A program made the translations under genes and the position numbers. This document shows, piece by piece, positions 9,617 to 20,853 of a stretch of DNA of 64,000 bases. Position 1 is the stretch's first letter, and the number at the start of each line of letters is the position of its first letter. This DNA comes from Klebsiella pneumoniae (GTDB lineage: Bacteria; Desulfobacterota; Binatia; UBA12015), in NCBI GenBank assembly GCA_945872365.1, contig CAMBZJ010000014.1, forward strand, positions 6,370 through 70,369. The letters are read 5' to 3'. Below the pieces are notes generated by a model. The model worked only from the letters and a program-made list of their open reading frames with translations, did not search any database and was not told the origin of the DNA.

Positions 9617-10884
9617 ACGCGCAACAGGAGGCGGGTCGGGTCTTCGAGGCGCTCCTTGACCCGCACGAGGAAGGTGACCGCTCCCTTGCCGTCGATCAAC
9701 CGGTGGTCGTAGGAGAGTGCCAGGTACATCATCGGCCGCACGACGACCTGGTCGTCGACGACGACAGGGCGCTTCTCGATCTTGTGCATGCCGAGGATCG
9801 CACTCTGGGGCGGGTTGAGGATCGGCGTGGACAGGAGCGAACCGTAGACGCCGCCGTTGGAGATCGTGAAGGTCGCCCCGGCCAGGTCGTCCGGCATGAG
9901 CTTGTTCGTCCGCGCGAGTTCGGCGAGGCGGCCGATCTCGGCCTCGATCCCGGCGAGGGGAAGGGTCGACGCATGGCGCACGACCGGCACGACGAGCCCG
10001 CGGTCGGTGCCCACCGCGACGCCCACGTGGACGCTGCGCGGGTAGACGACATCGGTACCATCGACCCGGGCGTTGGTCTCGGGCACGTCGTTCATCGCCT
10101 CGCAGCAGGCCGCGACGAAGAACGACATGAAGCCGAGCGGCACGCCGTGCTTCTTCTGGAAGGACTCCTTGTAGCGGGCTCGCACCTCGAGGATCGCGCT
10201 CATGTCGACCTCGTTGAACGTCGTGAGCGTGGCGGTGGTCTGCTGCGACTCGACCAGGCGTCGGGCGATCACCTGCCGGAGCCGGCTCATCGGCACCCGC
10301 TCCTCGTCCGCACTCCCGCCGCTCGCGGGCGGTGCCGCGGGAGCCGGTCGGGAGGCGGCGGCGAGGAGCGAACTCGGCAGGAAGCCTCCCGTCGGAGCCG
10401 GCACCAGCGCAGCCGTCGCCGAGCGCTTTTGCTCGGCGAGTTCGAGGACGTCGCCCTTCAGGATGCGGCCGCGCGGACCGCTGCCGACCACGCCGGCGAC
10501 GTCGAGCTGCTCCTCGGCCACGATGCGCCGCACCGCGGGGCTGAGCGGTCGCTCCTCCGCCGGAGGTGCGGCGGAGGTGCGGGACACCGCTTGCGCTGCC
10601 TGCGCTGCCTGCGCTGCCTGCGCGTCGCCGCCGCTTCCCGCGGCGGCGGCCGCCGCCTCGATCCGGCCGACCACGTCGCCGAAGTGCACGGTCGCGCCGG
10701 CCGCGGCTAGGATCTTCAGCGTGCCGGCGGTCTCGGCTGCGAGTTCCATGTTCGCCTTGTCGCTCTCCAACTCCAGGATGGGCTCGTCGGCGGCGACCGC
10801 GGCACCGTCGGGCTTGAGCCAGCGCCCCAGGGTCGCCTCGGTTACCGACTCCCCCAGCGAAGGAATCTTCACGTCTCGCGCCAT
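9613..10884 (-). CDS. sucB: 2-oxoglutarate dehydrogenase E2, dihydrolipoyl succinyltransferase
   Basis: Lipoyl domain ELESDKA, E3-binding SPAVRR...[10 protein letters not shown], catalytic SYDHRLIDG; TGATG overlap with sucA. Confidence 0.96.
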   Translation of the reverse strand: MARDVKIPSLGESVTEATLGRWLKPDGAAVAADEPILELESDKANMELAAETAGTLKILAAAGATVHFGDVVGRIEAAAAAAGSGGDAQAAQAAQAAQAVSRTSAAPPAEERPLSPAVRRIVAEEQLDVAGVVGSGPRGRILKGDVLELAEQKRSATAALVPAPTGGFLPSSLLAAASRPAPAAPPASGGSADEERVPMSRLRQVIARRLVESQQTTATLTTFNEVDMSAILEVRARYKESFQKKHGVPLGFMSFFVAACCEAMNDVPETNARVDGTDVVYPRSVHVGVAVGTDRGLVVPVVRHASTLPLAGIEAEIGRLAELARTNKLMPDDLAGATFTISNGGVYGSLLSTPILNPPQSAILGMHKIEKRPVVVDDQVVVRPMMYLALSYDHRLIDGKGAVTFLVRVKERLEDPTRLLLRV

Positions 10885-13808
10885 CACTCCCCCCCCGCCT
10901 TCTGCGCGGCCCCGCCCGTGCCGGGCGAGAGATGGATTTCCGCACCGTCGCCGGCCGACACCTTGAACCGGGAAGTCGCTCCCGGCTCCGCCACGTCGTC
11001 GCCCTCGGCGCTTGGCGACCGCACGCCCGCCGCTCCCTCGAAGAGCGCTGCGATCAAGGCCGCCTGCTCCTTCGCGTGCATGCGGTAGGACCCGGTCGCC
11101 GGGCTCGCGGCCTCGTCGCGACCGGCGTAGCGCAACGTCCGATCCGGCCCGAGCAGCGACGGCAGGCGCTCGAGCATGTATGACCATGCGCCCATGTTGC
11201 GAGGCTCCTCCTGGACCCAGACGACGTCGCGGGCTTCGGGAAAGGCGGCGAGTGCGGCCTCGATCTCGTGCGTGGGCAGCGGGTAGAGTTCCTCGACGCG
11301 GAAGCAGGCGACGCGCAGGTCGGCGCGCTCCTGGCGTGCCTTGGCGACGTCGTAGAACACCTTGCCGCTGCAGAACGCGAGGGTCGCGACGCTGCCCGGT
11401 TCGAGGGCGACCGGGTCGGGCAGGACGGGTCGGAAGTCGCCGTCGGTCAGGTCCGCGAGGGCCGACGTCGCGGGCGCAAAACGCAGAAGGCTCTTCGGCG
11501 TCATGACGACGAGGGGCTTGCGGTAGGCCCGTCGCATCTGGCGGCGCAGCAGGTGGAAGAGTTGCGCGGCGGTGCTCGGGTAGACGACCTGCATGTTGTC
11601 GTCGGCACACAACTGCAGCCAGCGTTCGAGGCGAGCGCTCGAGTGCTCCGGGCCCTGGCCCTCGTATCCGTGCGGCAGGTACATCACGAGCCCGCTCGAG
11701 CGCTGCCACTTCGACTCCGAGGCCGAGACGAAGGTGTCAATGACCGCCTGCGCACCGTTGGCGAAGTCGCCGAACTGCGCCTCCCAGATCGTGAGGGTAT
11801 GGGGTGCTGCAAGCGAGTATCCGAACTCGAAGCCGAGCACCGCCTCCTCCGAGAGCATGCTGTCGACCACCTCGAAGGGAGCCTTGCGTTCGGCCGCAGC
11901 CGCGAGCGCGTCGAGGGGGACGTGGAGCCGACCGTCGTCCTGGTCGTGCAGCACCGAGTGGCGGTGGCTGAAGGTGCCACGGCCGGAATCCTCGCCGGAG
12001 AGCCGGATCGGCGTCCCTTCGAGCAGGAGCGACCCGAAGGCGAGCATCTCCGCGCAGCCCCAGTCGATCCCGTTGCTGCGGCGCACCATCTCGACACGCG
12101 CTTCGTACTGCTTCACGACCTTCGGGTGGGCCGTGAAATCCGCCGGCAGGACGGCCGCGCGTTCGGCGATCGAGAGGAGGACGTCGGCGGATACGGCGGT
12201 CGTCGCCGCGCGTTCCCCGCCGGCGACGCCGAGACCCGACCAGGCTGCGCCGTAGGTGAAGACCTCCTGGCGTGGCCGGAAGTCGCGCGCGTATTGCAGG
12301 GCGAGGTCGAGGATCTCTCCGAAGTCGCGACGCACGATCTCGAGTGCCGCTGCGTCGAAGCCCGCCTCGACGAGACGTCGCTGGTAGAGCGTGCGCACGC
12401 CGGGGTGCTCGGCGATGCGCCGGTACATGACCGGTTGGGTGAACGTCGGCTCGTCCGCCTCGTTGTGGCCGTGCTTGCGGAAGCAGACGAGGTCGATCAC
12501 GACGTCGCGCCGGAAGCGCTGGCGGAAGGCGAGCCCCAGGCGGATCGCGTGCACCGCCATCTCGGGGTCGTCCCCGTTCACGTGGAAAACCGGGCATTCG
12601 ATGATGCGCGCTATGTCCGTCGCATAGCGGGTCGGACGGCAGGATTCGGGGGGCGCTGTGAAGCCGATCTGGTTGTTGATGACGACGTGGACGGTGCCGC
12701 CGGTGAAGTAGCCGTCGAGCTGCGAGAGGAGTAGGGTTTCGGGCACGACACCCTGGCCGATGAAGGCGGCGTCGCCGTGGATGAGTACCGGCATGACGCG
12801 CCGTCGTTCGAGGTCGCCGGACAGGTTCTGCTTCGCCCGGACCTTGCCTTCGACGACCGGATTCACCAGTTCGAGGTGGCTGGGGTTGGGGGTGAGCGAA
12901 ACGTGGACGACCTCCCCGGTGTCGGCCTTGTGGTCGCGGGAGTAGCCCTTGTGGTACTTCACATCGCCGTCGCCCTGGACCCAGTCGGGCAGGGTCGAAC
13001 CCTCGAACTCGGCGAGGATCATCTCGTAGGGCTTGCGCACGATGTTGGCGAGCACGCTCAGCCGGCCGCGGTGCGCCATGCCCAGGATCACCTGTTCGAT
13101 GCCGACCCCGGCCGCGCCCTCGACGAGCGCGTCGAGCATCGGGATCAGGGTCTCGCCGCCCTCGAGCGAGAAGCGTTTTTGTCCGGGGAACTTGACGTGC
13201 AGGAACTGCTCGAAACTCTCCGCCTCGACGAGTTTGGCGAAGATGCGCTTGCGATCGGCGGGCGAGAGGGCCGGTGCGTTGCGCGTGGACTCCATGCGCT
13301 CCTCGAGCCAGGCGCGCTGCTCGGGGTCGCGGATCCCGGTGTACTCGACACCCATCGTCCCGCAGTAGGTCTCGCGCAGCGCGGCGATGAGTTCGGAGAG
13401 CGTCGGCGGCTGCTCCGGGCTGAATCCGCGGAAGCCGCCGGGGTGGCAGGACATCCGCAGATCGCCCGCATCGAGCGAGTAGTGGGCGATGTCGAGCAGC
13501 GGGTGCTCGGTCGGCGGGTCGGTGAGGGGGTCGATGTCGGCGAGGACGTGGCCCAGGTCGCGATACGAGGAGACGAGTCCGAACGAGGTCGGCCGGTACT
13601 TTCCGGCCGCGGCTTCGGCGATGGCGGTTGCCGGTGCGCCCTTCGCCACGGCCCCGACGCCGCGGTCGGCGGCCGACAGGCCGAGTTCGAGGCCCTCGAA
13701 GAAGGCGCGCCACGTCGGTTCGACAGACTGCGGGTCGGCCTGGAAGCGACGGTAGAGTTCGTCGACCAGGTCGGCGTTGTCGCGGTTCACATAGTCGGAG
13801 GCAGGCAC
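10884..13808 (-). CDS. sucA: 2-oxoglutarate dehydrogenase E1
   Basis: [23 protein letters not shown], ThDP motif HGDAAF...[21 protein letters not shown] 13808 with GAGGAG RBS. Confidence 0.97.
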   Translation of the reverse strand: MPASDYVNRDNADLVDELYRRFQADPQSVEPTWRAFFEGLELGLSAADRGVGAVAKGAPATAIAEAAAGKYRPTSFGLVSSYRDLGHVLADIDPLTDPPTEHPLLDIAHYSLDAGDLRMSCHPGGFRGFSPEQPPTLSELIAALRETYCGTMGVEYTGIRDPEQRAWLEERMESTRNAPALSPADRKRIFAKLVEAESFEQFLHVKFPGQKRFSLEGGETLIPMLDALVEGAAGVGIEQVILGMAHRGRLSVLANIVRKPYEMILAEFEGSTLPDWVQGDGDVKYHKGYSRDHKADTGEVVHVSLTPNPSHLELVNPVVEGKVRAKQNLSGDLERRRVMPVLIHGDAAFIGQGVVPETLLLSQLDGYFTGGTVHVVINNQIGFTAPPESCRPTRYATDIARIIECPVFHVNGDDPEMAVHAIRLGLAFRQRFRRDVVIDLVCFRKHGHNEADEPTFTQPVMYRRIAEHPGVRTLYQRRLVEAGFDAAALEIVRRDFGEILDLALQYARDFRPRQEVFTYGAAWSGLGVAGGERAATTAVSADVLLSIAERAAVLPADFTAHPKVVKQYEARVEMVRRSNGIDWGCAEMLAFGSLLLEGTPIRLSGEDSGRGTFSHRHSVLHDQDDGRLHVPLDALAAAAERKAPFEVVDSMLSEEAVLGFEFGYSLAAPHTLTIWEAQFGDFANGAQAVIDTFVSASESKWQRSSGLVMYLPHGYEGQGPEHSSARLERWLQLCADDNMQVVYPSTAAQLFHLLRRQMRRAYRKPLVVMTPKSLLRFAPATSALADLTDGDFRPVLPDPVALEPGSVATLAFCSGKVFYDVAKARQERADLRVACFRVEELYPLPTHEIEAALAAFPEARDVVWVQEEPRNMGAWSYMLERLPSLLGPDRTLRYAGRDEAASPATGSYRMHAKEQAALIAALFEGAAGVRSPSAEGDDVAEPGATSRFKVSAGDGAEIHLSPGTGGAAQKAGGE

Positions 13809-14027
13809 GGTGGCTCCTCTTGCGTTGCAGCCGGGACGGTCCGCAGGGTCGCGGACGGAACGCGTCCCTCCCACGCCTCCCGCGGCGCCCCCGAGTCTAG
13901 CCGTTTTCGAGCGGAAGCATAAACGCGGTCCGACCCGTGGTGCGGTTCGCCCCGAGGGGGGGGCGGGCCCGGGGCCGACGGGCAGAGCCGGACCGCCGCC
14001 GCGGGCGGTGCCGCCGGTCGGACGGCC

Positions 14028-16109
14028 ATGGCATTGGTCCGCCTGCGGGCCGTCCGCTACTCGAAGGGGGGGAGCCCTGAGGTGCCGGTGTGTTCAGTCA
14101 GGGTGCTCCGCGCCGTCGCGCTCTTCTTCGTGCTCGTCGTCGCGCGCGATGCGCATGCCTCCGGCCCCCTCGTGCCGGCCGGACCGGACGCGTCGGCCCC
14201 GTCGGACACGACCTGGGTATCGCCCGTCGCGATCGATCCCGACCGGCCCTGGCGCGTGAAGAGCGTCGACATCGAGGGGGTCAATCCGCTGCGTGCATGG
14301 ACTCTCGCCTCCGGCCTCTCCACCGTCGCCCGGCCCTGGTGGGCCATCTGGCGCAAGGCGCGGCGCTTCCACCCCGCCTTCCTCGCGCAGGACGTCGAGT
14401 CGTTGAAGCGAGCCCTTGAGGCCGACGGCTACTACGACGCGAAGGTCACGGCGGAGGTCCGGGTCCTCCACGCCCCCGACGGCGACTGGAGCGACGAACC
14501 CCTCATGCCGCTTCCCGCCTGGCTCTTCCGACGCGCGCCATGGCTCGTGGGCGGCGACCGCCCCGGTCCGGTGGTCGACGAGTTCGCGGGTCATGAACCG
14601 GGGCTCGTCGCGGTGCGCCTGCGCATCGAGCGCGGCGATCCGACCTACGTCTGCTGGCTCGGCATCGATCTCGAAGGAGGGGGGATTCCGGAGGAGGACG
14701 CGGCGCGGTTCCGCCGCCAGGTGCCGCTCGTCTCGGGTGAAGTCTTCGCCGAGGCGGACTACCGACGTACCGCCGAGTTGCTCGGCGGTTACTACGCCGA
14801 TCACGGCCACCCGACGCCGCTCGTCGAACCCAAGGCCGCCGTGGATCTCGGCACGCGCTGTGCGTGGGTGTCCTACGTCGTGAAACCCGGTCCGGCGGCG
14901 ACGTTCGGCGAGACCGGGATCGACGGGCTCGGCGCGCTCCAGCCGGAGATCGCGACCCGAGAACTCGCCTGGGAGCCGGGCGAGCCCTTCGACGCGCGCC
15001 TGGTGCGCGAGACCGAGCGTCGCCTGCGCGGCCTGCGCGTATTCTCCCTGGCGCGAGTGGAGCCCGGGGCCATCAAGGATGGCAAGGTCCCGATGCGGTT
15101 GTCGCTCGAACCCGGCGACACCCAGGAGGTGCGTCTCGGCGTCGGCTACAGTTCGGAGGAGGGCGTGCGCGGACTCGCCTCCTGGTGGAACTACAACGCC
15201 TTCGGGGGCGGGGAGCAGATCGGCTTCAGCGCCCGGGTGTCGCAGATCAACCGCATCGTCACCGCATCCTACGTCGAGCCCCACTTCCCCGGCCAGCGCA
15301 ACCGTTCCGCGCTCACCTTCAACCTCGGCGTCGACGACGAGACGACCTACCGCGACGACTTCGGGCGCGTCACGCCGCAGATCGACTGGCGGATCGGTCG
15401 CAACCTGACGGGCGCGGTCTTCCTGCGCGGGGCCTACGACTCGCTGTCGCAAGTGAGCGACGCGACGCGCGCCGATCTCGCCGTCTACGAAAACGTCGGC
15501 TTCACGGTTTCCGCGGGCGGCTCGATGCGTTGGACGCACGTCGACGACCTGCTCGATCCGCACCAGGGGTTCGTCCTGAACGTATCGACCGAGGTCGCGG
15601 GCGGCCCGGTGCTGGGCGCCGACTTCAGTTGGCTGCGCACGATCGCGACGCTGCGGGCCTACCGGCCGATCTTCGGCGACCTGCTCGGCGCGATGCGCAT
15701 CACGCTCGGCGCGATCCCGCCCTACGACGGCACGCAGGAGATCCCGCTGTGGAGCCGCTTCTACGCGGGCGGCACCGGCATCTACGGCGTGCGCGGCTAC
15801 GGACGATGGCGTGTCGGGCCGATCACCGGCTCGAACGACCCCCTCGGCGGGCGGACGCTGGCAATCGGCTCGCTCGAAGGGCGCTACCCGATCTGGGGGC
15901 CGCTGCTCGGCGTACTCTTCGTCGACACCGGCGACGTGGAGAAGTCCGCCTGGACGATCTCGCCGCGGAACTTCCAGACCGGCGTCGGCTTCGGCTTTCG
16001 CGCGAACACGCCGATCGGTCCGGTGGAACTCGACCTCGGATTTGGGCTCGACCGGCCCAGGGGTGACTCGCTGGTGCAGCTCGCCTTCTCGATCGGACCG
16101 GAGTTCTGA
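14028..16109 (+). CDS. tamA: Omp85 family TamA/BamA outer-membrane assembly protein
   Basis: POTRA-like repeats, barrel motifs RFYAGG..VRGY and GVGFGFRANTPIGPVELDLG, C-terminal F; directly upstream of tamB. Start may be GTG near 14088. Confidence 0.85.
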   Translation: MALVRLRAVRYSKGGSPEVPVCSVRVLRAVALFFVLVVARDAHASGPLVPAGPDASAPSDTTWVSPVAIDPDRPWRVKSVDIEGVNPLRAWTLASGLSTVARPWWAIWRKARRFHPAFLAQDVESLKRALEADGYYDAKVTAEVRVLHAPDGDWSDEPLMPLPAWLFRRAPWLVGGDRPGPVVDEFAGHEPGLVAVRLRIERGDPTYVCWLGIDLEGGGIPEEDAARFRRQVPLVSGEVFAEADYRRTAELLGGYYADHGHPTPLVEPKAAVDLGTRCAWVSYVVKPGPAATFGETGIDGLGALQPEIATRELAWEPGEPFDARLVRETERRLRGLRVFSLARVEPGAIKDGKVPMRLSLEPGDTQEVRLGVGYSSEEGVRGLASWWNYNAFGGGEQIGFSARVSQINRIVTASYVEPHFPGQRNRSALTFNLGVDDETTYRDDFGRVTPQIDWRIGRNLTGAVFLRGAYDSLSQVSDATRADLAVYENVGFTVSAGGSMRWTHVDDLLDPHQGFVLNVSTEVAGGPVLGADFSWLRTIATLRAYRPIFGDLLGAMRITLGAIPPYDGTQEIPLWSRFYAGGTGIYGVRGYGRWRVGPITGSNDPLGGRTLAIGSLEGRYPIWGPLLGVLFVDTGDVEKSAWTISPRNFQTGVGFGFRANTPIGPVELDLGFGLDRPRGDSLVQLAFSIGPEF

Positions 16110-16112
16110 GCG

Positions 16113-19100
16113 ATGGCCGTGTTGCGTGCACTGATCCGCCCGCTCGCGGCCCTCGCCGCCCTCGGGCTCTTCCTCGCGGGAACGGCCCGAGTCCTGCTCG
16201 ACCAAACCACGTTGCGCGATCGCCTGCGTCCGGCGGCCGAGGCGCTGCTCGGCAAGGTGCTCTCCTCGGAGGTCTCGATCGGAAGGATCGCCGGCGTCGG
16301 CGTCGCCGGGATCGAACTCGAGGACGTCTCGGTCGTGTACGGGGGGGAACCCGCCCTGCAGGTCCCGCGCGCCCGGGTCGGCCTCGCCGTGCAGCGACTG
16401 TTCCCGCCGCGGATCGGGCTCGGTGTCGATCTCGACGACTTCGCGCTCGACCTTCGGCGCGACCCCGCGGGCGAGTGGAACGTCGCGGGAATGTTCGCGA
16501 GCGATTTCGACGAACCCCCGCCGGTCTGGCTGCGCGCGGTGACGCTCGGGCTGCATCGCGGCTCGGCCGCGGTGCACGGCGTCGCCGACCACCCCCTGCG
16601 CTTCCACGATGTCGAGGCTCGCGGCGTGGTCGATCTCGTGGCGGCGGGCGGGCCGCTGCTCGCCGTCGACCGCCTCGATCTCCGCGCGGAAGCGGGATCG
16701 TCGCTCCGTGCGAGCGGTTGGATCGGCTTCGCGGGCGAGACCCCGATGTCGATCGAGCTCTCCGGCGACCCGATCGCCGGCGCGGACCTGCGCCGCTGGG
16801 CTCCGTCCTGGGCCGCCGATCGCGCTGCCACCGGGTGGGCCCTCTTCGACGGATCCCTCGATGCACCAAGGGGCGACGTCCACCTGGCGTCGGGGACGAC
16901 GACGGTCGAGGCGTGGGCCCGACTCGCCGCACCGCCCGACGGGGTGACGGCGCTCGAGCGGCCGCTCTCGCTCTCGGTCGCGGTGCGGGATCTCGACCCG
17001 CGCGTGGTCGCCGCCGATGCGCCCGCGGGCAAGATCTCCGCCGCGGGCTCGCTCGGTGCCGGCCTGGCCGGCGACGGCAGCCTGCGCATGCCGGTGGTCG
17101 AGGCGCGCGCCTGGGCAAGCTCCCTCGGCGAGGTGCGCGCCGACTGGGCCTCGCTGCAGGCGCGTCGCGAAGGCGCGAACTGGAAGATCGCCGCCCAGGC
17201 GGCCGCGCCGAAGGGCGCCTGGCGTGGCGACGCGACCGCGAGCGTCGCCGACGTCGCGCCGCATGCAGCCAGCGCCGAGTTCCGCCTGGAGAGCGACGAC
17301 CCCGGTTCGCTGTCGGCTTCGCTGCGCGAGGCGATGCCCGACGCGGCACTGCGCGTCGAGGGGACGGCGCGCACCGACCGGCTCGACGAGGGGCGAACGG
17401 TCGAGGCCGACCTGCGCCTCGACCGCAGCCGGGTGCGCGGCGTGGTCCTCGACGAGGCACGCGCGAGGCTGCGTGCGAAGGCCGACTTGGTCGAACTGCG
17501 CGACGTGGTGGTGCGCGCCGCCGGCAACGATCTCTCGGGTGCAGGGTGGCTGCGGACCTCGGCGGATCCGAAGCGCCGTGCCCTCGGGGGCGACGTCTCG
17601 GGCACCGCCGACCTTGGCGTGATCCCCGGCTGTTCCGGCCCCGCACCGTTCTCCGCGAAACTGTGGGGCCGACCCGACGATGCGGGCGCACGCATCGACC
17701 TGCGCCCCGGCGGTGCCGTCGACACGCCGGCGGGTCGCGCGCGGCTGCGCGGTTCGATCGACCTCGCCGCCCTCGGCAGCGATCGACCATCGGCGAAGGC
17801 GAAGCTCTCGGGCGGTTTCGAGCCGAAGGGGCCTGCCGGCGAACTGCTCGGGAAGAGCCAGGACGTGGATCTCGCCGGAACATGGGCGCGTGCAGCGGGC
17901 ACCTCCGGCCCTGCGGCACCGTCCGACAGCGGGGACCTCGACGTGACCGCGCACTCGCCCGACGGGCGCCAGCAGCGCGCGGTGCTGCGCTTCGAGCGCG
18001 ACGCGCGTTCGGCCCGCGTCGATCTCTCGCAACTGCGCGTCGCCCCGGTCGAGGGGCCGGCCTGGACGCTCGAGCACCCGGCGAAGCTCGCCCTCGACGC
18101 CGGCGGCCTCGACGTCGGCGCACTCGCCCTGCACACCGGCGCTACGCGACTCGCGCTCGACGGGCGGCTCGTCCGGCCCGGCAGCGATCGGCCCGGTCGC
18201 ATCACCCTCGAAGCGCACCAAGTGGACCTGGGCCCCTTCTGCAAGCTCGCCGGCCGCGGCGAATGCGGCGGCCGGATCGACGCGCACCTCCTGCTCGCCG
18301 GCGCTCAGGCCCGGCCGGAGGTGTCGGGCAGGATCTCGGCCGCGGACCTGTCCTTCGCCGACCAGGTCTTCGGCAACGTGGAACTCGGCCTGCACACCGA
18401 GCACGGCCTCGTCGTCGATGGTCGTGTCGACTCGCCGCTCGGCGGGCACCTGGCGGTGGGCGGCACCGTGCCGCTCGCACCGGGATGGCCGTTGCCGCAG
18501 CCCGCGCTTGAGCACCCGCTCTCGATGCGGGTGCACGGCGAGGAAGTGGACCTCGCAGGACTGCGCGAGTTCGTGCCACCCGGCACGTTCTCCGAGTTGC
18601 GCGGACGCGCGCTCCTCGACGTCTCCGTCGCCGGGTCCGCGGGAGCGCTGCGCTTCTCGGGCGAGGCCAGGGCGTCGGATGTCACGCTGGGACTCGCGGC
18701 GACCGGCATGCGCCTGCGCAACGGCCGGATCGCGCTGCACTTCGCCGGCGATCGTGCCGAGGTCGTCGAGTTCTCGGCGGAAGACGGTAAGCTCACCGGC
18801 GGCGGCCACGTCGAACTCCCGTCGGGCGAGTCGCCCCGGCTCGACCTGTCGATCGACCTCGCGAAGCTCAAGGTCTACGACAAGCCCATCGCGACCGCGG
18901 TGGCGACCGGACGGTTGCGACTGCTCGGCACGCTCGCGGCCCCCGAGATCGAGGGCGACGTGACGCTCGATCCGGTCACGATCCGGCCCTCGCTACTACC
19001 CGGTTCGAGCGGCGCGCAGCGCGACCCGACGATCGTGGTGTGGAACTCGAACGACCCCGGTGCGGTCCGCCCGGGCGACGTCGGCACCGTCGGCGAGGCT

Positions 19101-20090
19101 CTCGAATCCCTCTCGGGCAAGGCTGCGACGGCCTCCGGTCGCGAGGGCGAGACCTACCGGCGCATGCGGGTCGCCGTGCGCGTCCTCCTCGGCGAGAGCG
19201 TCGGCATCCGGCGCAACGACGCCGACATCCGGCTCGGCGGCGAACTCTGGGCGACCAAGGACCCCGGCGACCAGATCCGGATCTCCGGCCAGATCCTCTC
19301 GACCCGGGGCTGGTACGTCTTCCAGGGACGTCGGCTCGAACTCGAGCACGCCTGGGTGACGTTCTCCGGCGAGTCGCCGGTCGATCCCTACCTGAACGTC
19401 GCGGCGATCTACCGCGACGCGCAGTACCGCATCACCGTCGCCGTCCAGGGGACCGCGCAGAAGCCGAGTCTCGACCTTTCGAGCGAGCCGAGCCTAGACC
19501 AGAGTGACATTCTCGCCATGCTGCTGTTCGGAAAGCCGGCTTCGCAACTCACCGGTGGGCAGGGGCAGGGGCTGCAGCAGGAGGCGCTCGGCCTCCTTGC
19601 GAGTTACGTGGCGCCGGGACTCGAGCGCTCGGTCATCGACACGCTCGGGCTCACGAGTCTCACCTTCCAGATGCCGAGCGGGGCCAGCGCCGGGTCGATC
19701 GGCGTCGGCCGCTACCTCGGCGAGGATCTCTTCGTCTCGATCTCGCAGGACCTCGGCGGAAGCCAGACGAGTTCGACGCGCCAGCAACAGGGTCTCGTCG
19801 GCTCCTCGGTGGTCGTGCAATACTACCTGTCGCCGAGCGTGACGATTCAGGGTGCAGCGTCGTCGCAGGGCGAGAGTTCGGTCGACGTGATCTGGCACAT
19901 GCGCTTCGGCGGGGTGAAGGGCGCCGCCACCCCGGCCGCCGAAGGCGGCCCGGAAGCATCCCCGATGCCGTCGGCTCTCCCTTCTCCCGCTCCATCGGTC
20001 GGGCATGCACCGGGCGTCGAGGTTCGCGCCGCCCCACCACCGTCGCCGGCCGTCGCGACCCCGTCGGTCGCACCGTCCCCGCTGCGCTAG
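16113..20090 (+). CDS. tamB: Translocation/assembly module TamB (DUF490)
   Basis: N-terminal anchor, long beta-rich AsmA-like body, DUF490 motifs DPYLNVAA, SSEPSLDQSDILAMLLFG, VGRYL. Confidence 0.85.
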   Translation: MAVLRALIRPLAALAALGLFLAGTARVLLDQTTLRDRLRPAAEALLGKVLSSEVSIGRIAGVGVAGIELEDVSVVYGGEPALQVPRARVGLAVQRLFPPRIGLGVDLDDFALDLRRDPAGEWNVAGMFASDFDEPPPVWLRAVTLGLHRGSAAVHGVADHPLRFHDVEARGVVDLVAAGGPLLAVDRLDLRAEAGSSLRASGWIGFAGETPMSIELSGDPIAGADLRRWAPSWAADRAATGWALFDGSLDAPRGDVHLASGTTTVEAWARLAAPPDGVTALERPLSLSVAVRDLDPRVVAADAPAGKISAAGSLGAGLAGDGSLRMPVVEARAWASSLGEVRADWASLQARREGANWKIAAQAAAPKGAWRGDATASVADVAPHAASAEFRLESDDPGSLSASLREAMPDAALRVEGTARTDRLDEGRTVEADLRLDRSRVRGVVLDEARARLRAKADLVELRDVVVRAAGNDLSGAGWLRTSADPKRRALGGDVSGTADLGVIPGCSGPAPFSAKLWGRPDDAGARIDLRPGGAVDTPAGRARLRGSIDLAALGSDRPSAKAKLSGGFEPKGPAGELLGKSQDVDLAGTWARAAGTSGPAAPSDSGDLDVTAHSPDGRQQRAVLRFERDARSARVDLSQLRVAPVEGPAWTLEHPAKLALDAGGLDVGALALHTGATRLALDGRLVRPGSDRPGRITLEAHQVDLGPFCKLAGRGECGGRIDAHLLLAGAQARPEVSGRISAADLSFADQVFGNVELGLHTEHGLVVDGRVDSPLGGHLAVGGTVPLAPGWPLPQPALEHPLSMRVHGEEVDLAGLREFVPPGTFSELRGRALLDVSVAGSAGALRFSGEARASDVTLGLAATGMRLRNGRIALHFAGDRAEVVEFSAEDGKLTGGGHVELPSGESPRLDLSIDLAKLKVYDKPIATAVATGRLRLLGTLAAPEIEGDVTLDPVTIRPSLLPGSSGAQRDPTIVVWNSNDPGAVRPGDVGTVGEALESLSGKAATASGREGETYRRMRVAVRVLLGESVGIRRNDADIRLGGELWATKDPGDQIRISGQILSTRGWYVFQGRRLELEHAWVTFSGESPVDPYLNVAAIYRDAQYRITVAVQGTAQKPSLDLSSEPSLDQSDILAMLLFGKPASQLTGGQGQGLQQEALGLLASYVAPGLERSVIDTLGLTSLTFQMPSGASAGSIGVGRYLGEDLFVSISQDLGGSQTSSTRQQQGLVGSSVVVQYYLSPSVTIQGAASSQGESSVDVIWHMRFGGVKGAATPAAEGGPEASPMPSALPSPAPSVGHAPGVEVRAAPPPSPAVATPSVAPSPLR

Positions 20091-20677
20091 TCTCGTCCGC
20101 GCGGCCGGCGCTCGAGCAACCACTCGCGCCAGGCGAAGAGCGCGGTCGCGACACCCGGCAGCATGAGCCACGGCCACAGGCGCAGGGGCGCCGGTGCAGG
20201 TGGCTCGACGCGCAGCGTGGTCGTGGTCTCGATCGTCGCGCCGTCGCGCCCGATCGCGACTCGAGCGCGCCAGTCGCCGGCTGCCGGCAAGTCGACGGAT
20301 GCGGCACGCAGGAGCTTGTTCGTCGCCCGTGCCGCGTCCGCCGCAACCGCGATCTCGGCGAGGCCGCTGCCCGAGGGTGGCGACAGGATCAGGGCGACCG
20401 TGCCGTCGAGTCGCGGCGTACCACGCGCCGCATCCTGTAGGAGCACGCTCAGGTCGGCGCGCCCGACGCGCAGGGGGGAAGGCGCACCGAAGAGCGTGAC
20501 GTCGAGTCCGTCGCGGGTGGCGCGCAGGAGTACGGTGCCCCCGTCGGCACGCCCGATACGCGGGGAAGCCAGGAGGGGCGCCAGGACCAGCGCCGTGAGT
20601 ACGAGCGCGGCGCCCGGTGCAGGTACCGTCTGCCCGGCCTTCGGGGGCCGGGTTCGCATCGTCGCGCCGGTTCGCAT
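20087..20677 (-). CDS. Exported Ig-like (YtkA/FixH-like) protein with C-terminal membrane anchor; last gene of the oxidase operon
   Basis: Signal peptide ending GRA-DGG, beta-rich body (PSPLRVG, ATNKLL, LPAAGDW), C-terminal TM. An 18-bp tandem duplication (20651-20683) gives two possible ATGs (20677/20659). Fold assignment is inference. Confidence 0.6.
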   Translation of the reverse strand: MRTGATMRTRPPKAGQTVPAPGAALVLTALVLAPLLASPRIGRADGGTVLLRATRDGLDVTLFGAPSPLRVGRADLSVLLQDAARGTPRLDGTVALILSPPSGSGLAEIAVAADAARATNKLLRAASVDLPAAGDWRARVAIGRDGATIETTTTLRVEPPAPAPLRLWPWLMLPGVATALFAWREWLLERRPRGRD

Positions 20678-20853
20678 CGTCGCCTTCGCCCCGGACTCCG
20701 AAGCCCTTGTGCGGGAGGGGCCCGCAGGACTCTCAGGGTCCTCGCTCCGCCGCTGGTTAGCCCGTGCGACGACGCCGCGAAAGCCGGCCCGCGACGGGGC
20801 CCGGCCTGCGCGGGGTCCGCGACCCTCGGTGCCTCCCCCCGCGTGGAACGCGC

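Noticed and set aside
10592-10623. 9-bp tandem repeat (TGCGCTGCC x3)
   Set aside because: Encodes AQAAQAAQA in the flexible E2 linker; in frame and ordinary.
14094-18809. 1571-aa minus-strand ORF and many other long Arg/Pro/Ala-rich overlapping ORFs (e.g. 3049-5829, 57939-60641)
   Set aside because: Shadow ORFs of real genes in high-GC DNA, where stops are rare; no motifs.
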